DNA from: Vicugna vicugna
Taxonomy: Eukaryota
Length of the DNA: 64,000 nt
Direction: 5' to 3'
Assembly (NCBI GenBank): GCA_013265495.1
Contig: MU058103.1
Span: forward strand, 124,001-188,000
A model generated the notes under the pieces. That model was not told the origin of the DNA and did no database searches. It was given only the letters and a program-made list of their open reading frames with translations. Within the stretch, counting starts at the first letter, position 1; each line of letters starts with the position of its first letter. Positions 25,826 through 40,348 of the stretch are shown one piece after another. The position numbers and the translations under genes were made by a program.

Positions 25826-27414
25826 AGGAAGATAAACCCTGTTTGTCTGTTGTGGGTCACTGGAAGTCAAGGAGAGCCTGAGTTTGCAGGGACCCGTCTG
25901 CCTCATTTACAGCCAGATCACATTGTGCTGAGGGAGAGGATTCAAGCTCAAATGATGCCTGCTACCACATACATGATACAATTTTATCTTTATAACAAAA
26001 CTTTTGTCTTCTAAAAATCTCTAAGGGAAATGGTCATCTGTTAAGTGGGTTACTTCTCTTTTCCTTCTGTGGAAACTGAGGTTTAGACAGATCACTTGCA
26101 TAGAAGCCCAAGGATAACAAGCAGTAGAAATAGGATTTGTATTTGAGTGTGCTGACAATGTGTCCAGTCTATTCCCCACACCTCTGGGACGCTTCTCTGA
26201 AAGATCCTGAGGGTTCAAATGCCTAAAGACATTATAGTCAAAGGAATGAAAATAACGGGGAGGAATATTCTCCTCTCCTGAAATATTTTCGTATCTTCAT
26301 AATTCATGTAATTAACACTGACCTAGTACTTATCATATACCTGGCATCCTGATTTGCATGGAAGAGGCAAAAATTGAAGAGCATTGGTTGATTACCTCTT
26401 GGAGATCAAAGAAAAATTTTTTTTGGTTACACAGATAAACGGAGTATTACAGTATTGAAACAATGGCACAGCTAGGGTGTGCTCATGATATGAGGATAAA
26501 ACAAAGGAGAGGCAGCTTAGTGTATCTGGGGAAGAGAAGGTCTTATTTTCTTCCTCCTTTTTTAATAAGCCAAGCTTGTACTCTGTGATACTTCTTGAGT
26601 CCCAGAGTCGTAATTTGGAGGCCTGGACAGCCTTTGATGCTTCCCAAGTCTCTAGTAAACAGAGCTCTTTTTAAGATTTGGCCTCTTCTTAAATCCCATT
26701 CCTCTTGCTAAACCCTAATGGCCTTGTAGGTGTTGTTGGCAGTTTCTGAATCTTTTTTATCTCTATCCAAAGTCAATTCTCTTCAAGGACCACAAGCTTG
26801 TGTCCCACACATTGTATCTTCAGTCCCCAGCAGAGGGCTCTATCCTGAACAAGTACTCAATAAATAAATAGGGAATGAACTTAGCAAGTGATGTTAAAAT
26901 ATTTCACTGAATTTACAGCTATGTCTACACATGTTAACTCACTTGCAGCAGTAAGGCAAATTTCTGTTTAATTCCAGACAGGAAAATATTTGAGATAAAG
27001 TAGAACCATATTGTCTTCATAAAGACATTTGCAAAACTCATCCATTTAAGTTCCTGGGAAGAAGTGGAAAGTAGAAGATGACAGTTTTATTTTACAGAAG
27101 GTAAAGTGATAAAGTGTTCTATACATGTGCATACACTGAATTCTGATACAGTCCCCTGAAATGGAATGGAATGCCTACATCCAGTAAAAGTTCACTGTTT
27201 TTGTGGGTTTTTAAAAATTTTTTAGGAATGAAATTTTTTTTTAAAATCTAAAACTCACCAAAATAAGTCCATCAGTTACAAGGGTATTTGTTTCTGTTCA
27301 GAGTATCTGATCATGTTCTCCAGAAAGCATATTGTTATTAAATCAAAACAAACAGTATCAGAAGTGATCTGATTTGAGTTAATGCTTTTATAGTAGATAG
27401 AAACTCATCTTAAT

Positions 27415-27467
27415 TATATGTGTGTGTGTATATATGTGTGTGTGTGTGTCTGTATATATATATATGT
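27415..27467. repeat. Compound (TG)n/(TA)n microsatellite
   Basis: Read directly from the sequence. Confidence 0.9.
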
Positions 27468-28234
27468 AGTCCCACGGAACACCCTTCTTGATAATTAGAG
27501 AACTGGGCTCTAGCCCCAAGATCACCATCAAACAGCTGTGTAATCATAGACAGTTTCTCTTATCCTTGGATGTGAGTTCTCTCTTCAGAACTACTAAGGA
27601 TTCATTCAAAGCTCTCTACAGTATTTTGCACTTTAAAAACAAAATCATGGTTAGCATATTAGCTTCCTAAAGGCTTTCCAATATAGCTAAGTAACTAAGA
27701 CAAAGGTAAATCAATTTCTTTAGTTTCTGTTGTTTTGCTGAACAGTTGTACACAGTTTAAGATAGAAGATTCTGAGAACATTAAAGCATTTACTGCCCTA
27801 ACCTAATGCTAGGGAATATCTAATGCCCCTCCTGTACCTGGGCTGAGCTTGAACCCTGAAAGCAGCATAAGCATAGGATGTACAGAGAGATACCTCCCCA
27901 TTGCCCATGGCCACCTGCTATCGGAATGATATTGGATCAGGCTGTTCACTGTTCAGAATCCTTTGATGGCTACCGTTCTTTATAATAGTGTTTTACAAAC
28001 TATGGTATTTACTAGCCTGGTAAAGTATTCCTTTATATGAAAATAAATAAACTTATTTGCCCTTATTCAAATAAATAAGTTTGGGGAACACTTGGAGAGT
28101 CACACTACCTCATTAGAAGCTTTGAGAAGTTCTGCAGTTCAGAAATCTGCATTACTTTCCCAGTACTCCTCTTCTATTTCTTCCTTGCTATCACAACTCT
28201 GGTAATATGTCCACATAAAACACTCACCTCTGTG

Positions 28235-28616
28235 ACTTCGTTTCACCTAGGGGTTGGCTAGGTAAGCCAGTCCTGGCCAATGAAATTTAAACATAGTTGA
28301 TGGGCGGAGCTTCTGAAAAGAATATTTTCAAAAGGAGGGCTACCCTCTGCTAGCATGCTCCCAATGTTTTCATACCTTTCCTTCTTCCTATCTCGAACAC
28401 AGACTTGACCCCTAGAAGAGCTGCCATGAGCACACAAATTGAATTGTTGAGATGACAGAGCACTGAGATAGGAGGATCTTGGGTCCTAGTATAGCTTCTC
28501 TAGCCCACAGTTCCTACCTCTGGACTTCTTGTTAAAGCAGAAAAATACATCACTTATGTAAGCCACTATTTGTCGTGTTATCTTATTACTTGTGAAAAAA
28601 TTTCCCAAAGATTACA
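28235..28616 (+). mobile_element. Old MaLR LTR (MLT1H/I/J-like)
   Basis: ccagtcctggccaatgaaatttaa...cctacctctggacttcttgtt...aagccactatttgtcgtgttatcttattacttgtg. Confidence 0.6.
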
Positions 28617-28680
28617 ACAGGAGTTTATTACTGTTTAACTGCTAGTAAGATTTCTTGGAAATGTTTTCAGAGATGTTGCC

Positions 28681-29178
28681 TATATCACATTTCCATAGCT
28701 GCTGTAACAAATTAACAAACAGAGGCTTAAAATAACACATGTTTATTATTGGAAGGTAAGAATTCTGACATGGGTCACACTGGGCTAAAATCAAGACTTT
28801 AGCAGGGCTGCATTACTTTCTAGAGACTCTGGAGGAGAATTTATTTTCTTTCCCTTTCCAGTTCCTCTATAGAGGCCACTTGCCTTATTTGACTCATGGT
28901 TCTTGCTTCCAAATTCAAAGCCAACAATGTGGAATCTCTCTCACTCTTCTTCTAACTCCATATCACTGTCTTTTGGAACACAGGTGGGAAAAAGTGTCAG
29001 CTTTTAAGGACTCATGTAAATAGATTAGGAGGACCCTTTGCATACTCCAGGATAATATCATCTCAAAATCTGTAAATCTGATCACATCTTCAAAATCCCT
29101 TTTGCCATGTAAGGTAACATATTTACAGGTTCTAAGGATTTGGACTTGGACATCCTTGGAAGCCATTAGCAAACCACC
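28681..29178 (-). mobile_element. MaLR solo LTR (MLT1C/D/E-like)
   Basis: tttccatagctgctgtaacaaatt...gggctaaaatcaag...atcacatcttcaaaatcccttttgccatgtaaggtaacatatttacaggttctaaggatttggacttggacatc. Confidence 0.85.
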
Positions 29179-29359
29179 TGAAAGGATAAATCTCATACTC
29201 CTTGGCATCAGTCTTTTGTGATTTGACTTTAATGTCTCTTCCTAGTCACCCTTTCCTCCCCACTCTTCATTCTTCTTTTCTATTTTTCTGTCATATAGAT
29301 CCATATACCATGACCTGGCCAACTCACTGTTCTGGTTAGATCATAAGCCATCCCTTGGA

Positions 29360-29930
29360 TTTGAAGAGCCTGGAGCAAGCATCCAAATGGAGGTCCACCT
29401 GCCATATGTATAAATAGTGAAAAACTGCAAATCACTGATCAACTGTGCAATGAGGTCTATCTTCCTACTTTGACAGGTCCACCTAAAGATCTTGAAGGCT
29501 CAGTTCAAAGTTAGGAGAATTCTCTTCCTCTCTCACTCATCTATCCCAGAATATGGTAGCACAAAAGGCAATTACCCTAAACCCTCACCGCTGGTCAATA
29601 TTCTGAAGCCCATATGTCTGACAATCAGCCCATCATTCCAAGCTGCAACCACATTCCTCATAAACAACCAAACCTTGGTCTCTGTTCACTGATATTGTTA
29701 TGATAATATGGTGCAATGGGCACTCAGGAGAATAAAAGTGAAAAAAAATACTGTACACCTCTTGGGAACCCTTGTGACCTGGGTATCCAGAGCATGGTCT
29801 AGAAGGTGTGGTATGGGCTTTGTGTGGGATGTAGTATGACTTGAGAAAGGTTGGAGGTTATCTCTCTAAAGTTCAGGATTTAGGACACAAGCTCCTCTTT
29901 CCTAAGTGTAAGCAAACTAGTGCTTAAGTG
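29360..29930. mobile_element. Probable hAT-Tip100-type DNA transposon fossil (MER115/Zaphod-like)
   Basis: gagcctggagcaag...aaatggaggtccacctgccatatgtataaat...tctatcttcctactttgaca...ttcaaagttaggagaattctc resembles the recalled consensus. Confidence 0.4.
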
Positions 29931-31614
29931 CCTTGCTCAGAATTCTACTCCTCATTTTCATATTAACAGGACCTAATTTATTTCTCAAGCTATCCCTAGT
30001 TTCTCAACCATTTTATGAGAGCTTTGGTGACTTTCCTTCCTTATCCTAACTATAACATACTACTTCCTCTTCAGAACTTTAAAAAAACCCTCTGCTTTTA
30101 ATAATAATATTACATATATAGCATATACATGGCATATAGTACATATGGTATATATGAATACATAATGTAACTGTGCTTTTAATATTATGGTACATAGACT
30201 AATGCCTCAATATTTACTGAGGCATTGCATGTACCATGCATTGTGCTAGCTAATCTATAGATATTGTCACATACTGCTATGATCACATGACTGCATCTTG
30301 TATTTACTTATGTGTCTGTGATCACAAGGATTGCATCCTCCTCCTCTCTGTATCTACAGTAGCTGTGATGTGCTTATCCCAGACTAAGTTTTAGATAACT
30401 GCTTGCAAGGTGAATGCACGATTGATTGGAGCTTTATATTTTTCTGATGCTATCAGTCTCCTTCTGCATTATTCCTTTTCTTCTCCCTGGACATGACCAG
30501 TTGGATTTGCCAAATTGGCCACAGTTGAGTCTTTAATGATGCAGTGAACAGCTTTCTGAATGACTGAAGATACTTTTCTCACTGTTTTCCTACCTCATGA
30601 CCCATTTTAAAGATACTATGAAAGGTCCTGGAATTTGGATGTTTGATGAGAAAAGTGAAAGGGTTTGCCAGGATAGATTCCACTGAGCATGTTAGGAACA
30701 TGGTTACTTTTTTCAGCCATCATGTTGACACATTTATTTTGCAAACTAAAAGAAGTTCCATGCTTGAGGGATAAGTTTGTAGAGAGTTAAAATGTAATGG
30801 AACAACTACCTATACGAGATTTCAAGAGTTGTTCTTTTAAAATGTTGAGTACATAATTATTTGTCCCTTTTCCAATGTGTCTGGTATATTTAGCATTCAC
30901 TTACCTGCAAGAAAATGTTACACCCCTTATTCCTTGAGCTGAACAAAGATTCTTATAAATGCCATGCTCTAATGAGTTGATAATGCATTGGCAATGAGTT
31001 ACAGCCTACTTCCTAGTGAATTTGTAAAAAGAGATTTTGAATATAAAAATCATTATTTATGTGCTTTAGTAAATATGAATAATGTATTCATTTAGCTTAA
31101 GCTGAGTAAATCAACTCAAATGTTCATAAGTGAAAAAAATTACAAACTATTCAGAAAGAATCATCTTTCCCCAGAGATTTTTATCAAATTTGTTTAGTTC
31201 AGATCTTACATATATACATGTATATACATAAATAAGTGAAAAGATAATAGTGAGCTCTCCTTATTGATATAAACTTGTTTCCTTTTGTTTAGCAAATCAC
31301 ATTTTTGTTCTATACAGTAAATTGTCAAGTAAAACATTTAGGGATAGATGGAATCTGAGAAGCTGAAACAAATTATATGGGTCAATCAGATGCTTATGCA
31401 CAAGGAGACTGTAAATGGAATGAGCTCAAGTAAAGTATATCTTTAACATACTTGATTGTGACAGTAGAATTAATGGAAGAGTAAAATAGTTACCTAAAAA
31501 ACAGAAATCTTTTACCCTGCCCCTAAAGGAAACATGGATCCTAATTTTTAGATAAATTTTACTTATAACTGAGAGGTGACATCATCATATCATCATCACC
31601 TTAATGGTCTATTG

Positions 31615-31840
31615 AAATAGAAAATGTCTCTGAAATCAGGCAGACCTGGTTCAACCTCCAGTTTCACTACTAATCAGCTGCATAGCATCTGACAAGTCAC
31701 TTATATCCTCTCTTAGCTTCCATTTACCCACCAGTTAAATATAATGATTAACTCTCAGGTTTGTTGTAAGGGTTCCATGAGCTATTCTATGTAAAATGGC
31801 TGGACCATTCTTAGACATAAATAACTAAGAAATACTTATT
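31615..31840 (+). mobile_element. MIR SINE
   Basis: tctgaaatcaggcagacctggttcaacctccagtttcactactaatcagctg...gacaagtcactt...ggtttgttgtaaggg. Confidence 0.7.
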
Positions 31841-32124
31841 ATTTTTTCTTTCCACCCAGCTTTGCATGAGTATCCTGCAATGAATTAAGTGACAAAATAC
31901 AGATAAATTATGCTAAATGTTAAGTTTGGGAACCACAGTGCAGGCTAGGTTCTACATTAGACTTTAGGAAAAGACCAAAAACCTATGTTTCTGGTGCATA
32001 CAACATGGTTGAATAGAAAAAGAAAAAAAAATCACTTTTGATGGAGGTCATTCAGGTACCACCTCCTTGAAGATTCATTTACATACACAACCTCATTGGC
32101 TAAAAGCATCTTCTCTGTCCCTTA

Positions 32125-32630
32125 GCTTTCATTCAGTCAACATATTGGACTCTTACTATGAGCCAGCAAGAATGTTAGATGTTGGAGGTTTAACTGTAAT
32201 GAAGAAACTAATGATTCATGATTATCCAGACAGTAGGAAGACAGATGGTGTCAGTTTACAGGATGTTTCAACCACATATCATCATTGTGATGACAGAATG
32301 CTAGAATTCAGAGGAGAGGTCTGAGAAGGAATGATGTCTGGGATAAGAGATAAAGGCTGATTCAGCCAGGTAAAAGATGGAGGCGTCAGAATGGAGCAGC
32401 ACAGCCCCATGTTACAGTCCAGGAAAAAGCAAAATCTGGAAGTGAGGTTTGGCCTATTTGAAGAACTGAATTTTTAAAAAATCACTTAATCTACATAGAA
32501 CATAGAATAAAGAGAGGTGATGCCTAGCAAGAGATAAAACAAAGAAATACATAAATAATCAAGAGATCAGAAGACCAAATTGTGAAGGGTTGTTAAGAGT
32601 TTGGACTTGATACCCAGGGAATGGGGAAAA
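32125..32630 (-). mobile_element. LINE-2 fragment
   Basis: ttcattcagtcaacatattggactcttactatgagccag...aagagtttggacttgatacccagggaatgggg. Confidence 0.6.
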
Positions 32631-32974
32631 TCTTCCAGTATCTTTGTAGTCCCCTATGAAGTATGTACCTTCCCCATTCTGTTTTGCATGATATTTACTT
32701 TTTGATGAGTTTTATCTCTTTTATGCAGTTTACTCTCCTTCAAAGTAGGATTCATATCTGATTCATCACTGCATTCATTAGCATAGCACAAAACTTATTA
32801 TATGTACATTTCTCAATTTACAATTGACCTTCACAGGTGTTACCTCATTAAATCCTCATAAGAACCTTTTGAGAATGGCTTACTCATTGCTCCCTATCTT
32901 CAAATAAAGCAGTTGAGTTACAGAAAGATTAAATGACTGGTAAATGGAAAATCTAGGACATGAGCACAGGACTT

Positions 32975-33178
32975 CAGTCTAACAGAACTGTTGGCACCTT
33001 AGAAATGTTCTATATCTGCACCATCTAATAATTTAGCCACTAGCCGCATGTGACTATTAAGCACTTGAAATGTGGCTAGTGGAACTGAGAAATAGAGTTT
33101 TAAATTTTATTTAATTTAAATCAATTTAAATTTAAATAGCCACATATAGCTAGGGGCTACCGTAATTGGACAACACGA
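32975..33178. mobile_element. MER3-like hAT-Charlie MITE
   Basis: agaaatgttctatatctgcaccatctaata...agccactagccgcatgtgactattaagcacttgaaatgtggctagtg...tttaaatagccacatatagctagg...ttggacaacac. Confidence 0.85.
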
Positions 33179-33596
33179 CTCTATATTATGATATCTCATC
33201 ACTGTTGCTAATTAAATGGGTGTCAAATAATGCACGAGTAGGTTAAGGGATTATTTTATCATTAAGCTATTCATATGTGATTTTGGATTATACATCAGTT
33301 ATATCTTTGAAATATTTTGTTTATAGACCTCAATGAAACCTATACATTTTTTAACATATTGTGCTAAAAATATGTTCTCTGATAATTGACTTTCCTCATG
33401 AAGACATACATTCTTTAAGCTTTTACAGTGTTGTTTTAACAGCCATTTAATAAGTTTGAAATGATTTTTATTATATTACTGACACCTTTTAAAAAATTAA
33501 TAATCTTTTTATAAATGATATTGTTTTTCCTTGAAGTTAGCCAGAATAATACATTCTCCATGCCTTGTATGAGAAATAATTAAAGAAATACATACT

Positions 33597-33975
33597 GAGA
33601 CTTAATTTGCTAGGGCTTCCATAACAACATACCACACACTGGGTGGCTCATGTAATAAGAAATGTGTTTTCTTACAGTTTTGGAGGCTGAGAGTCTAAGA
33701 TCAAGTCCGCAGGGTTGGTTTCCTCTGAGGCCTCTCTCCTTGCCTAGCTAGTGGTTATCTCTCTGGGTACAGACACTTATGGTGTCTCTCTGCATGTCTT
33801 TATTTCCTCTCCTTATGAAGATGGACTAGTGCCCACTCAAAGAGCCTCATTTTAATTAAATAAGCTCTTGAAAGGCCCTATCTCAAAATACAGTCACATT
33901 CTTAGGTACTCGGGGTGGGGGGTTAAAGCTTCAACATATAAATCTGGGGACTGGGGTATAATTCAGCCCATAATA
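33597..33975 (-). mobile_element. MaLR solo LTR (MLT1A/B-like)
   Basis: cttaatttgctagggcttccataacaacataccacacactggg...gagtctaagatcaag...aaaggccctatctcaaaatacagtcacattct...attcagcccataata. Confidence 0.85.
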
Positions 33976-36527
33976 TCACCCTTCCAGACCCTCAATTTCT
34001 TGGTCTGTTTTTCCCAGGTGCTCTTGAAGAGGTATTTGAGAACAAAATTGAAGAGCATTACATCATTGTTATAACTATTATGCACTTTTTAAGTGTATAG
34101 TCTGATGTAAGGGATGCTTTATTCAGACAAAATGCTTAACTCCTTCAAATCTTTGTAAGGCAGAAAATTAGTGGAAAATGCCAAAGGCCAATCATTAATT
34201 TCCAATAAGCATTTTAAAGTACAAAGGCCTACAATTTTTATCAGAACTTTTAAAATGTTAATCATTTTATTATCTATACTAAAAATGTAATGATTATTAA
34301 AATTAATCCTGCAGTCTAAACATTTTTCAAGTATATTTCTTCCTTCAAATGTACTTCTCATTTTAACATTTGTTTGCTTAGGATAAGTTTCAACCAATGA
34401 AACAGTAGAAACTTGCTTTATGTGCCCATCATATTATTTTTTCTGATGCAACTTAAAATAAATGCACATGTTGGTAAGAAAAAAGTGGTATGCCATAAAG
34501 ATTGGCCTGATCCAGCACTAACCTGTGTTAATTTTACTAGTACCAGAAACTAAATGATTAAATTCAAGAAATGTTAATATGTGGGGAAGTAATAATTACA
34601 TAGCATTCAAATCTTTAATGGCCCACATCTTCAAATGGAGAGGCAGTGTGGAAACAGTCCCAGTTGGCGTCAGAGAGAGTCATTCTCTTACCACTGCTTA
34701 GTTGAATGATCCTGAGTCAGTTGCTCAATCTCTCTGGGCCCTGGGTTTCTCCCATTCATAAAACCCAGATACTAGGTTCTTTATCTCCTATGTCTTTAAT
34801 CCCACCATGGTGTCTATAGTTTCTTTCTGGTGAGATTAATAAAAAGCCTAGAGAAAAGTCAGCTGTTCTGATCATTCTGAGATGGCTTATTTCACCGATA
34901 TTATCACTACCCATATTAGTGGTTTTCTGCTGGTGAGTAGAAGGTGGGGCGGTTAGTCCCTTTCCTTTACCAAGTGAGCACAAATATTGGGGACCTAGAA
35001 AGTGACTTTTATTCAACAAGTATTTCTAAGTTCTCAATATTATTATCTCACAGTGTTATTAACTCAATCTTAGAAGAGTTGGAGTTTTGGAGAGTGTTGG
35101 CATGATTAGTCTAGCCAGTCTCTTTTCCTGATTCCCTAGTTCCATTGCACTAAACCCAAGAATAAGGCCTCAGTAACCTTTCCACTATGGGACATCACTT
35201 TCTGTCCCTCAGATTACCTGAATGTGGCACCTGCCACTCTGTTTTTATCAAACTTTTACTTCCCCTTCTTCCTAGAGCCTGGGTCCTTTTAAATCTAAAT
35301 CTCCTACCCCTTCTTTTACTCACTCTTCTTCCAGACTATGCCTTTTCCTGAATCTATTTTTGTTGTAAATTTTCAGGCCTTGGGGCTCAAATGTGAGTGA
35401 CAGCTTCTAGTTATTCACAGAGGAGGGCAAGGGAGGTGGATATAAAGAAGGCAGTTATTTAAAATATCTTGCTTTTATTTTAATTTTCTCCTTTCTAAAT
35501 TCCTTTGATGATCCTCAGAGAACTGGAAAAAATATAAACCTTACATTTTAGTGGTGTATAAATTATCTCCTACCAGTAGTCCTATCCTGCTTAATAATGA
35601 AAATTTGTTTCCCCTTTTGTTAACATAATTTGGAAGCAATTATGTGAACAGCCTGATGCAAGCTTATGACCTACATTTGGGAACTCCTCATTCATGGAAG
35701 ACAATTGCAGTGCCTGATCCCTATCATGAATGGTGGCTGAACACAATTTGTCCAATAAGAAGTTGGGGGACAGATGCTAACCGCTCAGGGGTCCCATAAC
35801 TAGTTAGCATGCCAGTGTCTCATTCATTATTGTAGTTAACCAGACAGACTTCTCCACCAACTATGAATGGCCGTGCATTACCACTCAGAGTCAAGAAAGA
35901 GCTGTCAGTGGGTCAATGTCATTCATGTTCAGGGAAGCTCCAGGATCTGAGCAACATGGAAACAAAGAACAACAATAACAAAAACCTATGTTTTTCACTT
36001 TTTTTTCATTCACTTAGTATTAGGTGGCGCTATGTTTTCCTGGCTATGGTTTTGTTTTCAATTTGATTTCTTTGCTTTACATTTTTTCTCTTCTATGAAT
36101 TTTACTTTTCATAATTGAAAATATCAGTTAAAAATCTAATTTTTGCTTTATTATTTGAAAGGGAGAGAGCATAAGTTGAAAAACTATCCAGTTAGCATCA
36201 TTATGAATCTTAAATGATGACAGTGTTATAGTACTTGTGAGAAAGGTTAGCATGGGTAACTCTGGTAAATTTCTTAAAAATAGAATGCTGTTGCACATAT
36301 ATTCATAATGAATATTTCCATTGATACCATTTTTTGTAGGTCAATGGGAAAGTCAGAGAAGGTGTAGTTTAAGAATAATATTATTTAATTTATATCTGAA
36401 GTAGTCATTCAAGTCTGCCTGAACTTGGCACCATGATTATTAGGAATGGGCCAATCTGTGATAACAGGAGCTGCCCTTTAATGAGTGTGCCTTCTATGAA
36501 CCAGGAAGTATGGTAAGTACAGCAAGT

Positions 36528-36740
36528 GTGTCATAGGAAGTCAAATTCTTCCCAAGAGTTTCAAATGAAGCCGCTTTAGCGAATGGCTTTTAATGGATTT
36601 ACAGAGGTGTTGACAAAGCTAACGGGGCAAACAAGCAGGGTGAGGCACCCAGAGATGATGGGAAGGGCTTATCACCCTCAGGACTGAGGAGAAGAAATAG
36701 AGCGTCAGTCCTCAATGAGACCTGAAACCACACAGCTCTG
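36528..36740. mobile_element. Old ERVL/MaLR LTR fragment (family uncertain)
   Basis: atttacagaggtgttgacaaagctaacggggcaaacaagcagggtgaggcacccagaga...tcaccctcaggactgagg resembles ancient eutherian LTRs. Confidence 0.45.
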
Positions 36741-37369
36741 GCTTCGAATTTCCTTTTTTCCCCTAACATTTAAGATGCCTATCTTAAGGATTTAACAGTG
36801 CTTTACTAAAATTATACTGATTTATGCATCTCTTTTATTTCTTCCATGGAACCATAACAAACAGATTCTTTGCTACTTATCTTTAAACCCCTCAAAGGCT
36901 CAGTTTGAGTCTTACCCCATAGCAGAGGCACAACATTTAATTAAGAAAGGATGCATGAATAAATTAATTCAGAGGTTTTTTTCTGATACCATTTAAAAGC
37001 TCCTATTACAAGAAAAGCTCTTTTGTAATCTCTGCTGACATTTTTCTACAGAGAAAAAAATTGTTGTATGAAAATGAAGCAGTATTTCTGTTTTGAATGT
37101 GCGAAGAAGAGAGCTTAAGAAAGAAATAATAAACAATACACCTCTGATGTGCATAAAACAATCTGAAGAACTAGTCATTAAGGAGCATGAAGTTTTTAAG
37201 AAGGTGACTTAGAAACAGTAATAACATTCCTGGCGTTCAGGTCAGCTAGCCTTGAGATTGTGTTTCCTTTCAGATGTTTAGTTTCCATTATTGGATGAAT
37301 GAAATTGGTCCTTTCTAATTTTAAATGAGAACCAAGAGCAAGTTCCTTATCTGTAAAAGGATAACTGTT

Positions 37370-37720
37370 TTATTCAATCTTCGAAGCTTATTTCCATGCC
37401 ACCAATGTAATGCCAGTACGGGTACTGGAAATACAGAGATGGACAAAGACAAATCCCTGTGGAGTCTACACTCAAGTCTGGGGAAGGAGAAAACACACGC
37501 AAAAATGAATATAAAATATAATGTCAGGGATTTTAATGTGATATAAAAATAATAAAACAGAGTGAGAGGATAAGGGTGATATGAGGTGCTATTTTAAATA
37601 GGGCAAAGAGAGAAGTCCTCTTTTGGGAGGAGACATTCCAAGTAAGACTTTAATAAAATAAAAAAAGAGCTCAGCATATATTGAAAAATAAATACCAGGT
37701 TAAAGGAATGGCAATGTATT
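37370..37720 (-). mobile_element. LINE-2 fragment
   Basis: gtactggaaatacagagatggacaaagacaaatccctgtggagtctacactcaagtctgggg...gctattttaaatagggcaaagagagaagtcctc. Confidence 0.65.
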
Positions 37721-37816
37721 TAAAATAGACATAGAAAGGATTACTTGAAGAAAGTGAATTAAACACAGTACATGAAAAGATGGTGTGATCTGTAATAGAT
37801 ATACAATTTTATATTA

Positions 37817-38258
37817 TGTATTAGTTTCTTGCTGACATAAATTACCACAAACAAAATGACTTAAAATAGCAGAGGTTTGTTTTCTCACAGTTTTGGAGCC
37901 TAGAAGTCTAAAATCAAGGTGTTAGGATGGCCACACTCCCTCTTAAATCCTTTGTTGATTTTCTCTTAGCTTCTGGTGATTGGTTGACGATCTTTGGTGT
38001 TTTTTGGTTTGCAGCTGCGTAAAACTACAGTCTCTACCTTCCCCCTGTGTGTCTGTCTTCATAGGACATCTTTTAATGATGTCACATTGCATTAGGGGCC
38101 CACCCTACTCCAGTAGAACCTCATTTTAACTAATTACATCTGCAGTGCCTTTTTTTTTTTTTTAACCAACTTGGGACACATTCTGAGGTATTTCAGCTTA
38201 TCTTTCTGTGCATGTGGTAGGCTTGGGTCGGGGGACACACACAACTCAGTGGATAGCA
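37817..38258 (-). mobile_element. MaLR solo LTR (MLT1B/C-like)
   Basis: tgtattagtttc...aattaccacaaac...ttctcacagttttggagcctagaagtctaaaatcaaggtgtt...gggcccaccctactccagtagaacctcattttaactaattacatctgca. Confidence 0.85.
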
Positions 38259-39814
38259 CTGCGATATTGCTGGAAAGAATTTCTTACTTTGGATAGTTTT
38301 ATTGGAGGGAAATCAGAAGTGTTAGGAAGGGATGACAGAGAAGACGAATGATTATTTTTCCTTTTGGAGCAAATATTTTCGCAGTGTATCTGAGGTCAAA
38401 AGCAGAGCTCTAAAAACACAAAGTAAACCCTGATCTTTGATTAAGGAAAGTTCTAGACTCATTTTTCCTCTCAGGATTAAAAAAAAAAAGCTATTTTAAA
38501 TCTGGCCTCTAGATCATTAGAAGCATGTCATAGGAAATGCTTTTAACTTGAAGTATAAAGCTAGCTATGGTAAATGGAAAGAACTGTTCTACTTATGCCT
38601 GAGGTCAAAGATGAAATTAAGCTAAATAATGGCCAAGAATAATTAAAAACTGAGAAGAATATTAAATTATACTGAAAGCATTGGCTTCTTTAAAAACACA
38701 TTTATGGGTTATCTACAACTCTTTTTAAGGTTATATTGTTTTAATTAAAAGTTTGATTTTCTTCTATTTTTCTCCATGTGACTGTGTGTGTATGCCTGTG
38801 TGTGAGTGCCTGTGTGTCTGTGTGTTTTTTTCAAATAAGGCAAAGTGAACAATTATCCAGATTACTTTAGGAAGCCATGACTGTTGCAATATTGAATCTA
38901 GTATGGAAGAAAAGTCAGGGTATTTGGAACCAGAAAGTAAGAATTTCTGCCCTACCACCACATATCTGCCTATTTTTAGGAAAAAAAAAAAAGATCATCC
39001 TCTGTAACTAAATCATTTCATTTATCAGGATTGGTAAGAGGATTAAATACCGCAGATACAGCATCTGTCCCTTGATATAACTTTGATTACCCATGAATGT
39101 TGATTCTCTTTCCTTCTAGCAATAGTTTACTCTAACTTATAACTGAATTGCCATGGAGCAATTAACTTTTTCAAAACTAAACCAATGCAATTATATTAAA
39201 AAAAAAACCCCAAACTGATTGTAAGTCATCTCTGTATCTTCCACAGTGCCTAGCAAAATTCTCCATTTCAATTATGTGTTGAAAGAATAATGATCATAAC
39301 AAAAAAAGACCTTGGTAAAACTAGCTCCCTTACTCCTCATAAACTCATAAAGTCTTTCCAAAACATACCAGCATCTCTTCACTATTGTCCTGTTTTTAAA
39401 AGTTATCACCTTTCCTCACCTTGTCATCTGCAGTGATTCCATTCTTGCCTTCATTTAATTAACTCTCTAATATGGTAGCCAGGGTGAGCTTTTAAAATGC
39501 AAATTAGTCATCATCACTTTCCTCCTTTCAAACTTCCAAAGAATTCCTATTGCCCTAGAGTGAAACCCAAAATTATTATTCTCAGACTATGCAGCACTGT
39601 AAGCCCTGGCCTTCACTTACTACCCTGCCGTCCGCTTACTGCCTTGCCCTCCGCTTACTGCCCTGCCCTCATTTCACATCACTCATCCTCATGTTCACTG
39701 TCCCCTGTTTCTCCCCTTCAAGCACAAGACCAGTTCTGCCTTTGGTCCTATGAACTTGTGCTAACTTGACTTTCTCTCTCCTAGATCCTCCCATAAATTC
39801 ATCCCTTTACCCAT

Positions 39815-40348
39815 GTATTAAACAAATGTTTATTAAGCATCTTGAATGGGTTAGGCATGGTTCCAGGTGTTGGTGTCACAGGTGTAAACAAAACAGACAA
39901 CAAACTTCACTCATGTGTGACTTTAGTCAATAGGGGGATATTAACAGTACAAATAAACAAACAAACGATAGGAGGTGATAAGTGTTATGGGGGAAAATTT
40001 TAAGCAGGAAAGTAGTCTGAGTACTGAGGATGAGGTACTCATCATTTTACTACTTAAAATGGGTACTTCAGTGTGGCAAGAAAGGGCTCCTTGGTAAAGA
40101 TCTGCAAGAGGTTAAAGAGTGATGGTATCTGCAAGAAAAGCATTCCTGGCAGGGAGAACTGCTAATGCAAAGGCTGAGGTAGGAGCCTGATCAGGGTACA
40201 TCAGCTGGAGCTTCATAATTGAGGTATAAGAGAAGGACGTTCCATCAAAGGGGTAATGATGTGGAGATTCTGCTGGGTAGTCTAGAACCTTGTAACAACT
40301 TTGCATTTCCTTCTAAGTGAGATGGCGAGCCTTTGGTGGGTTTTGACT
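39815..40348 (-). mobile_element. LINE-2 fragment
   Basis: aacaaatgtttattaagcatc...aaacaaaacagac...gcattcctggcagggagaactgctaatgcaaaggctgaggtagga...ttctaagtgagatggcgagcctttggtgggttttga. Confidence 0.75.

Noticed and set aside
33085..33150. AT-rich palindromic stretch
   Set aside because: It is part of the known internal palindromic structure of MER3-like MITEs.
39630..39670. 19-bp tandem repeat (ccgcttactgcc...)
   Set aside because: A two-copy slippage duplication within degenerate L2-like sequence; no further structure.
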